64,000 nt of DNA from IMG/VR virus record IMGVR_UViG_3300014204_000181, positions 4,804 to 68,803 of that record; one strand, given 5' to 3'. Both the position numbers and the translations under genes were made by a program. The notes under the pieces are model-generated. The model was not told where the DNA came from and searched no databases. It saw nothing but the letters and a program-made list of their open reading frames with translations. This DNA comes from a virus. Lineage: Duplodnaviria; Caudoviricetes. Every line of letters begins with the position of its first letter. Position 1 is the stretch's first letter. Below, piece by piece: positions 18,891-26,529 of the stretch.

Positions 18891-19880
18891 ATGGCCATGA
18901 CAACCTATGGTGATATATCACCCCGTACCGCGGCATATGTAGCAGTGGACTTGCTCAAGAGAGCAATGCCCTACCTTTGCCTTGAAAAATTCGGGCAGTC
19001 CAAATCGCTGCCTGGCAATAAAACCCAGTCAATGAAATTCAGGCGTTACAACTCCCTGGGCCTTCGCACTACGCCGTTGACAGAAGGTGTGACCCCGACC
19101 AGCGAGAAGATGACCGCAACCGATATCTCCGTGCAGCTGTATCAGTATGGTGGATTGGTGGAAATCACTGATATCATCCAGGATACGCACGAAGATGATG
19201 TTCTGAAGGAGGCCATTGCGGTATCCGGTGAACAGGCTGCGAAAACCGTCGAAACGCTTCGGTATAACGTCCTCAAGGCATGCACGAACGTCTTCTATGC
19301 CAATTCCGTTGCAGGAAGAACGTCCGTCGTTTCCGTCATCAGTCGTGCGGATCAGCGGAAGATTGTGCGCGCCCTTGAGCGCCAGGAAGCCCAGCATATT
19401 ACCAGTGTTGTGAAATCAACCCCGTCGTTCAATACGGAGTCGATCCTTCCGGCCTTTGTCGGCGTTACCCATGTCGATATGACAACCGACATTCGGTCCA
19501 TGCTGGGATTTACTTCCGTAGCAGATTACGGAAAGATAAGTGCCTGGGAAACCGAAATTGGAGCCTGTGAGGATGTACGTTATATCAAGTCAACCATCTT
19601 CTCGCCTTACGAGAACGGCGGTTCTGGTACCACTACCGGCAAGCTGACCAGCGATGGTTCCGGATGTGACGTTTACCCCGTCCTGTATTTCGGTAAGGAT
19701 GCATACGGCATCGTAGCCCTCAAGGGAAAATTCGCCATTACTCCCATTGTCATCAATCCGGTACCGTCGAAGTCTGACCCGCTGGGCCAGAGAGGTTCGG
19801 TGTCCTGGAAGACAATGCAGAACACCCTGATCCTCAACGATGCATGGATGGCTGTCTACGAGGCGGCCTGTACAGATTAA
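18891..19880 (+). CDS. Major capsid protein, N4-gp56 family
   Basis: TTYGDISPRTA, LEKFGQ, FRRY, GEQAAKTVE, KSDPLGQRGSVSWK, LNDAWM. Confidence 0.92.
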   Translation: MAMTTYGDISPRTAAYVAVDLLKRAMPYLCLEKFGQSKSLPGNKTQSMKFRRYNSLGLRTTPLTEGVTPTSEKMTATDISVQLYQYGGLVEITDIIQDTHEDDVLKEAIAVSGEQAAKTVETLRYNVLKACTNVFYANSVAGRTSVVSVISRADQRKIVRALERQEAQHITSVVKSTPSFNTESILPAFVGVTHVDMTTDIRSMLGFTSVADYGKISAWETEIGACEDVRYIKSTIFSPYENGGSGTTTGKLTSDGSGCDVYPVLYFGKDAYGIVALKGKFAITPIVINPVPSKSDPLGQRGSVSWKTMQNTLILNDAWMAVYEAACTD

Positions 19881-19998
19881 TGTTATCTAACGGGTAAAGT
19901 TGGCCCGAAAGTAACGCACGCGTATTGCCCATTCTGGCCGGTACGCCAGCAGACGCTACAAGTCCAGAACAACGCAACTTATTTAGGAGGAAATTATC

Positions 19999-20544
19999 AT
20001 GGCTTACAAGAAATTTGATGAAGCTACCAAAACGGTAGCGCAGTCGCCTCGCAAGGTAGGTGATGCCATTCCGGTTGAATCAGTCCGGAGGGCCATCCAG
20101 TCAATATCCAATAGAATCCTCGGTGGAACAGGCGGTACCGGTGCAACATCCGTTGTTTCCGCTTGCGGGACCGGTGCAACGGGAGGCCTCAAGTGGGGCA
20201 ATACCCTTCTGGCAGTCATCAACGGACGTTTCGGCACCCTGCTCTGTGCTGACAACCTCGAACTGCCCAAGGGCACCCAGTCCAAGAACACCTATGTAAA
20301 GTATCTCATTTCGGGTGGGTTCGGTACCGGTGGTACCGTTACTGCCGGCAACGAAGGCACTGGCTCAACAACGGCCCTGCTTCCGGATTGCCCTGATGGT
20401 CATGTGGCAGTGGGTTACATGGAGTACCAGGCGAATACCGGTTACGACTTTATCCGCACAAACCGCACTGTTACAGGCGGCGCCGCGGCTACTGCCGGAA
20501 CTGCGTCATTTGCCAATTTGATCCATATGCCCTACAGCGAATAA
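19999..20544 (+). CDS. Putative head decoration/virion protein, Gly-Thr-rich
   Basis: Follows the MCP; AGGAGG RBS; GGTGGTG, GTGGT and GTGSTT tracts. Confidence 0.65.
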   Translation: MAYKKFDEATKTVAQSPRKVGDAIPVESVRRAIQSISNRILGGTGGTGATSVVSACGTGATGGLKWGNTLLAVINGRFGTLLCADNLELPKGTQSKNTYVKYLISGGFGTGGTVTAGNEGTGSTTALLPDCPDGHVAVGYMEYQANTGYDFIRTNRTVTGGAAATAGTASFANLIHMPYSE

Positions 20545-20630
20545 CAATATATCCGTCGTCGTCCCCTTTAACCTGGCAGGGAGTCGTTTGTGGCTCCCTG
20601 CCCACAGCCTAAAATGAGGGAGAAAAAATC

Positions 20631-20984
20631 ATGGCGAAGAAAGATAAGGTACCTGAAACCCCGATGTTCGTCAGTGCACAGGGGCATATAAGGGACAGGA
20701 TCATCATTCATGAAAGCACGAAAATCCCGCGGGAAGGTATATTTCTTTCCCTGAACGGATTTGCGTTCCTTGCGAAAGCAGGGGTGGAGATTGATCTTCC
20801 GCGGCCGGTAAGGGAAATGTTGGATACCCGTATTGAAACTGAAACGTTTCAGGATGAAAACGGAGAAAGTCACGTACGGCACATTCCCCGAATTACCTAC
20901 ACCCTGGTAAAAGCCGGCGTTAATTTGCCGCCCCCGACAGATGACCAGGTGTCTGCAGAAGAAACAGCTGGCCAGGAAGGTTGA
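20631..20984 (+). CDS. Hypothetical virion-module protein
   Basis: 117 aa, GAGGGAG RBS. Confidence 0.7.
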   Translation: MAKKDKVPETPMFVSAQGHIRDRIIIHESTKIPREGIFLSLNGFAFLAKAGVEIDLPRPVREMLDTRIETETFQDENGESHVRHIPRITYTLVKAGVNLPPPTDDQVSAEETAGQEG

Positions 20985-21733
20985 CGCTTATGATCGGGCA
21001 AGAGCTGATTACGCACATGCGGGAAAGCATTCTTGATGATATCGTGCTGCCTTATTTGTGGTCCGATACAGAACTTTTACGCTTTCTCAATTATGCGGAG
21101 GTTCAGGCCTGTCGACGTGCGCACCTTCTCATAGATGGTTCCACGGGTAACGATAACGGTACCGCGGCCACTGCTTCCACTGCCGGCCAACGGCCGTTAT
21201 GCACCTTGACTGTCGTCGCTAACCAGGCGGCATATACCTTGAGTCGTTTGATCCTCCAGGTGAAAAGGTGCCAGTTGCAGTCGATGACGATTCCGCTTGT
21301 CGGGCCTGTCACGTATCCTGAACTGGATGATGTGGTGTCCGGATGGATGGGGACAGGTGGCTTAATCGGCACTGCCGGCTCCGGAGGTTCACCGACATAT
21401 TACCTCAATGAACCTGGGAATACCGTTACTTTTGTCCTGGCGCCGTCTGCCGGCGATATCGCTAACCTTGTCGTTTCAAGACTTCCCCTTTCTCAATTTA
21501 CTTTACAAACCTCGCCGGAGATTGATGATCGGTACCATGTGGACCTTTGTGATTGGGCGGCGCATCTTGCGTACAATAAGCCGGATTCGGACACGCTCAA
21601 TTTAAACTTATCAGCGTTTTACGAGAAAAAATTCACTGCCACGTTCGGGCCTCTTCCTGATGCATACAGCGAACGCATGAGAAAAACCATTGCCATGCAG
21701 GAACGGATGCGGCCTCGAACCTTTGGAGATTAA
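20981..21733 (+). CDS. Putative head-tail adaptor/connector protein
   Basis: PYLWSDTELLRFLNYAEVQACRR...PEIDDRYHVDLCDWAAHLAYNKPDSD pattern; start may be ATG 20990. Confidence 0.7.
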   Translation: MTLMIGQELITHMRESILDDIVLPYLWSDTELLRFLNYAEVQACRRAHLLIDGSTGNDNGTAATASTAGQRPLCTLTVVANQAAYTLSRLILQVKRCQLQSMTIPLVGPVTYPELDDVVSGWMGTGGLIGTAGSGGSPTYYLNEPGNTVTFVLAPSAGDIANLVVSRLPLSQFTLQTSPEIDDRYHVDLCDWAAHLAYNKPDSDTLNLNLSAFYEKKFTATFGPLPDAYSERMRKTIAMQERMRPRTFGD

Positions 21734-21760
21734 TAGACCCCAATTAAGGAGGGTAATACC

Positions 21761-21937
21761 ATGGCTATAAAACAGACAGTAGAACACGCCAGAGTACAGT
21801 ATGGAACGTCTAACCCCAACACCGCCATAATAAGGACGGGAAAGATCGGTGACCTTTACGTTAATACCGATTTGAAAACCCTTTACTTCGCTTTCGGCCT
21901 TTCCGGAACACAGTGGGGTACTGCCGGCACAGCGTAA
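21761..21937 (+). CDS. 58-aa virion-associated micro-protein ending in GTAGTA
   Basis: AAGGAGGG RBS; GDLYVNT motif as in tail-fibre repeats; not in the track. Confidence 0.65.
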   Translation: MAIKQTVEHARVQYGTSNPNTAIIRTGKIGDLYVNTDLKTLYFAFGLSGTQWGTAGTA

Positions 21938-21954
21938 TCAGGACGTAACGGAGT

Positions 21955-21978
21955 GGGGCCTTCGGGCCCCTTCCTTTC
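21955..21978 (+). terminator. Hairpin with cUUCGg tetraloop (terminator-like)
   Basis: GGGGCC-TTCG-GGCCCC then TTCCTTTC. Confidence 0.6.
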
Positions 21979-22002
21979 ACCTTCCATATTGAGGACAATG
22001 CT

Positions 22003-22389
22003 ATGGCTGAAATAACAACCATTTTCATGCTCAAGAATACGGCCGTAGGTACTGGTTCTGCTGGCGGCACCAACTCTTCCGATATTATAGACCTGCGCGA
22101 TATTAACAGGAAAAACAATTTCACCTTGTCTTATCGTGTCGGCGCGGCTGGTGCAGTATCAACGGCAGCTACGGTTAATTTCAAATATCTTCTTTCCTAT
22201 ACGAAAGACGGAACGTTTGCGGCTCCTATTACCGGTGACAAAGGGACTATTGGCACCGCTGGATCGGGCGCGGCAGGATCATGCGGATTAATCGGGTTTA
22301 CCCCTGTCATTGCTCCTTTCATGAAAATCCTGGCCATTGCCGGTACCAGCGGGACAGCGTTAGTGAGTACGGAGTTACATGTACAGTAA
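22003..22389 (+). CDS. Putative virion structural protein (Gly-Thr motifs)
   Basis: 128 aa; GTGSAGGT, GTIGTAGSG, AGTSGTA. Confidence 0.7.
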   Translation: MAEITTIFMLKNTAVGTGSAGGTNSSDIIDLRDINRKNNFTLSYRVGAAGAVSTAATVNFKYLLSYTKDGTFAAPITGDKGTIGTAGSGAAGSCGLIGFTPVIAPFMKILAIAGTSGTALVSTELHVQ

Positions 22390-22401
22390 AAGGAGCGGCA
22401 T

Positions 22402-22779
22402 ATGGTTATCAGACAACTTTCGATTACGAGAGGGGATTCACAGACCTATAATCTGACCTTCAAGAAGGCAGACGGCACCCCTTACTGTATAAAAAACTGG
22501 GTGTTATTCTTTACAGTTAAGTCTAATTATGCCTTTCCAGATTCCAGCGCACTTTTTCAAAAAATCATAACTACTTTTGACGATACTACTTCTGGTACGT
22601 CCGGCTCTGCAAATATCAACGTGCTTCCGGAGGATACTGTTAACGCGACTCCTGGTGTGTATGATTACGACATTGCTGTGCGCACGTCGGACAATAAGAC
22701 GCTTACTGTGATGAAGGGCAAGTTAACTATTGAATATGACGTTACCAATTCTCCAGGAACGGCAGGTACGGCACCATGA
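22402..22779 (+). CDS. BppU-like / Ig-like tail attachment domain protein
   Basis: ITRGDSQTYNLTF...GVYDYDI...TVMKGKLTI; ends GTAGTAP. Confidence 0.65.
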   Translation: MVIRQLSITRGDSQTYNLTFKKADGTPYCIKNWVLFFTVKSNYAFPDSSALFQKIITTFDDTTSGTSGSANINVLPEDTVNATPGVYDYDIAVRTSDNKTLTVMKGKLTIEYDVTNSPGTAGTAP

Positions 22780-23654
22780 CGACTGAAACTAAAATTGATG
22801 TTATTATTTCTGCTGAACGTGCCATTGAAGTTATTTTTACTCCTGGAAGTCCTGCCGGATCATCCGGAACAAGTGGAACGTCGGGCCTTGATGGAACGTT
22901 CTATGGTTCTTCGGGCACTTCCGGTACCTCTGGCCTTGGTTCATCCGGAACGTCTGGTACTTCAGCAACATCTGTTACTTCGGGCACTTCCGGTACGTCA
23001 GGCACGGATGGTTCACACGGGACAAGCGGTACGAGCAGCATTAGCACTTCCGGTACTTCGGGCACTTCGGGCATTGGATCGCACGGAACATCCGGTACGT
23101 CTGCAACAGGAGTAACTTCCGGTACCAGCGGCACATCATCTACGGGAACGGGAAGCAGTGGTTCGAGTGGGTCAAGTGGCTTACCTGGGTCGTCAGGTTC
23201 TTCAGGGACGGCAGGTACCTCTGGAACGTCCGGAAGCAGAGGAAGCGATGGAACATCCGGCACTTCCGGCACTTCCGGTACCTCTGGAACGTCGAATACT
23301 GCTTCAGGATCGTCAGGCACTTCTGGTACTTCGGGAACGTCCAGCTCTGCAGGATCGCACGGAACGTCCGGCACAAGTGGTTCACCAGGTAGTCATGGTA
23401 CCAGTGGGACCTCGGGAAGCAGGGGAAGTGATGGCACGTCGGGCACCAGTGGTTCAGCCGGTAGCCATGGGTCCAGCGGCACTTCCGGAGCTGGCTCTTC
23501 TGGAACATCTGGAACATCGCCTTTAGGTTTTACATCAGGAACATCAGGCACGAATGGAAGTCACGGCACTTCTGGTACGTCAGGGACTGGCGGTAGCTCC
23601 GGATCATCAGGAACGAGTGTTTTGGATTTTCTTGCAGTACAGATATTCTCATAG
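22776..23654 (+). CDS. (Gly-Thr-Ser)n low-complexity fibre-like protein
   Basis: 292 aa, about 258 aa of G/S/T repeats between a short N-terminal strand and C-terminal VLDFLAVQIFS. Confidence 0.85.
   Translation: MTTETKIDVIISAERAIEVIFTPGSPAGSSGTSGTSGLDGTFYGSSGTSGTSGLGSSGTSGTSATSVTSGTSGTSGTDGSHGTSGTSSISTSGTSGTSGIGSHGTSGTSATGVTSGTSGTSSTGTGSSGSSGSSGLPGSSGSSGTAGTSGTSGSRGSDGTSGTSGTSGTSGTSNTASGSSGTSGTSGTSSSAGSHGTSGTSGSPGSHGTSGTSGSRGSDGTSGTSGSAGSHGSSGTSGAGSSGTSGTSPLGFTSGTSGTNGSHGTSGTSGTGGSSGSSGTSVLDFLAVQIFS
22845..23618 (+). repeat. Protein-level GTS/SGT repeat with degenerate codons
   Basis: Repeated GTSGTSG and SHGTSG units encoded by varied codons, so not a simple DNA microsatellite. Confidence 0.9.
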
Positions 23655-23663
23655 GAGGATCAC

Positions 23664-24032
23664 ATGGCTATTGCATATAAGAGAAAACTTTCAGGAAGTA
23701 CCAGTGGTTCTCCCTTAAGAATGGTAGGGACCGCGGCAACGTCAGGGTCTAATGGTACCATTCATGCTGCCGTAGCTGGAGAAGTTGCTGGCACATTCGA
23801 TGAAATATGGATATGGGCGGCAAATCAGGGGACCTTGGGCACATGTAATCTTACCCTGCAGTTTGGTGGGACGGCGGCAGAATATTGCATAACGGCTCCC
23901 ATACCTGCGGGAGTCGGCCTTGTTCCTGTCATTCCAGGATTGATCTTGCAGAATAGTTTGCTTGTCAGAGGTTATGCTGCGACGTCGAATATGATAGGTG
24001 TTATTGGATACGTTAACACAATGACGGACTAA
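23664..24032 (+). CDS. Conserved phage tail-associated protein
   Basis: KLSGSTSG...DEIWIWAAN...LTLQFGG...PGLIL...GYVN; AGGAGG RBS. Confidence 0.7.
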   Translation: MAIAYKRKLSGSTSGSPLRMVGTAATSGSNGTIHAAVAGEVAGTFDEIWIWAANQGTLGTCNLTLQFGGTAAEYCITAPIPAGVGLVPVIPGLILQNSLLVRGYAATSNMIGVIGYVNTMTD

Positions 24033-24034
24033 AA

Positions 24035-24658
24035 ATGCTTTATACTTATTTAAAAGATTTAAGGAATAGAATAGCTCTTGAGCCGGTATCTAAAAAGGCT
24101 GTTGCTATGACGTCACATCTGCGTTCGAGAAAAAGAAGGAATCTTATTGATCGTGTTACGTTAGATTATAGAGGGCCGGTAATTCCGATAGGATCATCCA
24201 AATTCACGGCGGTCGATGGATTGTTTTTATATGGCGACATTACTCCAACAGCATCTTCTCTTGCTTCTAAACCTGAATTGATAAATGGATCATTTGCTAC
24301 CTGTACTGACTTTTTAGGATATTATGAAGCTATGGGCGCTGATCTTGGCAGTGCTCAAACGGTGAGTATAATCAAATTGTTCATGAACTCATATTTTGAT
24401 AATCCTACGAGTTGGTGGAGTGACGCTTTTGGATATATGGCTATATATTCGTCGAGTGATAATTCAAGTTGGACCTTGCGCCAGGAATATAATCCAGGAC
24501 CGTTTGCGGCTGATTCGGGAACGTTATTCCATACTACTCTTACGCTTAATACTCCAGTGTCAGCAAGATATTGGAAGGTTGTGGTTAGTTCTGCTGGCGT
24601 TGCTACTGCTCCCAATTATGACAATAGTTATGGTGCTGAAATTGAATTATATTCGTAA
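24035..24658 (+). CDS. Discoidin/F5-8-like carbohydrate-binding domain protein (putative receptor binding)
   Basis: SSDNSSWT...VSARYWKVVV...AEIELY beta-sandwich signature; visibly AT-richer than its neighbours. Confidence 0.6.
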   Translation: MLYTYLKDLRNRIALEPVSKKAVAMTSHLRSRKRRNLIDRVTLDYRGPVIPIGSSKFTAVDGLFLYGDITPTASSLASKPELINGSFATCTDFLGYYEAMGADLGSAQTVSIIKLFMNSYFDNPTSWWSDAFGYMAIYSSSDNSSWTLRQEYNPGPFAADSGTLFHTTLTLNTPVSARYWKVVVSSAGVATAPNYDNSYGAEIELYS

Positions 24659-24687
24659 CAAAAAAAATTACAGGGGGGGAATAAACA

Positions 24688-25068
24688 ATGGTACCTACAT
24701 CTGATCCGGAACACTTGATTCTCATTCAAATTATGGTTGCAGTCATTCTCGGTCTTGGCACTATCGGTGGAGTAGTTGCTGGCTTGCTGCTCAATTCTCT
24801 CTGGAAGAAGGTTGAAGAGCATGATGTAAAAATGGAACATCTGGACAAAAAAAAGGTCAATGAAGAATATTGTGTTACATATCACCGTGCCATGGAGGAT
24901 AAAATGAAGGATGGCGCCAAACAGTTTGACGACATTGATGCTTGTATGAAAAGTATAGAGAAGACACAAACGCGGTTATTGCGGCGCCAGGACAGGATGA
25001 CCGTTTGCCTGGGCCTGATCGCACAGAAGTATGGGGTGGTAATGCCAAAGGAAGAAATGGACGATTAA
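24688..25068 (+). CDS. Membrane-anchored lysis-cassette protein (holin/antiholin-like)
   Basis: One N-terminal TM segment plus a coiled-coil; directly upstream of the endolysin. Confidence 0.55.
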   Translation: MVPTSDPEHLILIQIMVAVILGLGTIGGVVAGLLLNSLWKKVEEHDVKMEHLDKKKVNEEYCVTYHRAMEDKMKDGAKQFDDIDACMKSIEKTQTRLLRRQDRMTVCLGLIAQKYGVVMPKEEMDD

Positions 25069-25077
25069 GGAGGGATT

Positions 25078-25602
25078 ATGTCAAGGGACTTAGCAAAAGC
25101 ATCTCCAGGTATCAGAACTGTTATACAGGAGGTACTACGCCGTGCACCAGAAGAATTTTGCAACGCTGACCTGGAGGAAGAGGTTCGTGTTACTTTTGTT
25201 GACAGGACGATGGCAGAACAGACAGCACTATATGCCCAGGGCAGAAAAACTTTGCAGGAAGTTAATACTCTTCGCAAGTATGCGGGTATGGGTCAAATTA
25301 GTAATAAAGAAAATGGACGAAAAGTTACATGGACGCTGGCTTCTCGACACATTGTTGATCTTCATGATGACGACCCTGTTAATGACTTATCTCGGGCTGT
25401 TGATCTCGGATTATTTTGGCATGGTAAATATGTTACAGGAGAAACAGCGACTGAAACAGCCCACTACCTACGTCTTAGACAGTGGGTTCTCGAAGTGGCT
25501 AAACAGCTCAAGGACGAGGGGAAAGTAATAGTAGCCATTGGCATCGTACCCAAAGACTTACCCCATTTCCAGGAAGAGCCGCCGTATTCGACAGAAAGGT
25601 AA
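25078..25602 (+). CDS. Endolysin, M15-family peptidase
   Basis: RTMAEQTALYAQGR...VTWT.ASRH...RAVD...DLPHFQ. Confidence 0.88.
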   Translation: MSRDLAKASPGIRTVIQEVLRRAPEEFCNADLEEEVRVTFVDRTMAEQTALYAQGRKTLQEVNTLRKYAGMGQISNKENGRKVTWTLASRHIVDLHDDDPVNDLSRAVDLGLFWHGKYVTGETATETAHYLRLRQWVLEVAKQLKDEGKVIVAIGIVPKDLPHFQEEPPYSTER

Positions 25603-25605
25603 TTT

Positions 25606-26013
25606 ATGGGAGCAATCAAAGTTATATACGACATGATACCGAAGTGGTTACTGTTGATTCTGTTAATTGGATTCATCGCATTGTCCGGATGGTATGGAGT
25701 AAAATGCCAGTACCTTCGCATTGACAACGCAAAGTTGGCCAATGACAATAAAATCCTTACCGACAATGCTGTGATTCTCAATTCAAAACTTAGTACATGC
25801 ACGAAGAGTCTTGCAGCGGAAGCGGAGAATGCTAAGAAAGCAGAAAAGATTAACGCCAAAATGAGGGATTACAAAGTTGAGATATCCAAAATATGCGTAA
25901 AGGAGCCTACCGATGAAAAGGAAAAATCCGGCATTAAAGACGCTATTGATATTAGTAACCGTCTTTCTGATGCTGTTAATAAGCTGCGCGCCGGCGAAGA
26001 TAATTCAGAATGA
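25606..26013 (+). CDS. Rz-like inner-membrane spanin
   Basis: N-terminal TM followed by a coiled-coil, after the endolysin. Confidence 0.7.
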   Translation: MGAIKVIYDMIPKWLLLILLIGFIALSGWYGVKCQYLRIDNAKLANDNKILTDNAVILNSKLSTCTKSLAAEAENAKKAEKINAKMRDYKVEISKICVKEPTDEKEKSGIKDAIDISNRLSDAVNKLRAGEDNSE

Positions 26014-26194
26014 TCTGGTGGTGAATTGTACCTGGCCGATGATTCCTAAATTGTCTGTTACTTCTGCAGATGCACCGGTATCCCAGGTAATTCAGGACCT
26101 GCTTAACGATAAGAATGAATTAGTCGGTTATCTGGAAAAGGTGCAGGGCACAAGAAGTTGTTATGATAAATCTTTAAAGGAGAATGGCAAATGA
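25913..26194 (+). CDS. Rz1-like outer-membrane lipoprotein spanin
   Basis: Overlaps the i-spanin 3' end in another frame; signal peptide with lipobox LISC. Confidence 0.7.
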   Translation: MKRKNPALKTLLILVTVFLMLLISCAPAKIIQNDLVVNCTWPMIPKLSVTSADAPVSQVIQDLLNDKNELVGYLEKVQGTRSCYDKSLKENGK

Positions 26195-26409
26195 ATTACG
26201 TGAAATCGGTATTTGCGGCCGGCACGAAGGACTCGCTTATGCGTTTCCTGTCTGCATTCATCGTTTTTGATGTAGTATTGTCATGGAACATTGCCTGTCT
26301 TTTCGAACGCAAATTTCTGGATATTCCTTACGGAGTAGGTGCCATTCTTACCGCTGCCATCCTGGGGAAAGCCGTCCAGAAGTTTGGCGAAAAAGGTGGA
26401 AAAGATTAG
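26191..26409 (+). CDS. Putative holin (two TM segments)
   Basis: 72 aa, two hydrophobic helices, basic C-terminus. Confidence 0.6.
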   Translation: MNYVKSVFAAGTKDSLMRFLSAFIVFDVVLSWNIACLFERKFLDIPYGVGAILTAAILGKAVQKFGEKGGKD

Positions 26410-26426
26410 GTAAATTTGTTACAAAA

Positions 26427-26496
26427 TTCCCAGGATAGGGTAGCACCCGAAAAGATGGCTCCCTCACCGTCCTGCCTGGGAATCCTAAAATGAGGG
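26427..26496 (+). ncRNA. Candidate three-stem structured RNA with pseudoknot/antisense loop
   Basis: TTCCCAGG/CCTGGGAA closing stem; GGGT-AGC-ACCC; GAAAAG linker; ATGG-CTCCCTCA-CCGT; the loop is complementary to TGAGGG at 26491. Confidence 0.4.
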
Positions 26497-26529
26497 TAAC
26501 AATCTTATGAGAGGGCATAAGGAGGCCAA

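Noticed and set aside
22901-23374. Minus-strand PEVPEVP repeat ORF
   Set aside because: It is the reverse complement of the GTS repeat; no RBS; lies against the direction of the operon.
22845-23618. Collagen, or a DNA tandem repeat/CRISPR-like array
   Set aside because: Pro-poor with an interrupted Gly-X-Y register; codons are degenerate, with no fixed repeat-spacer structure.
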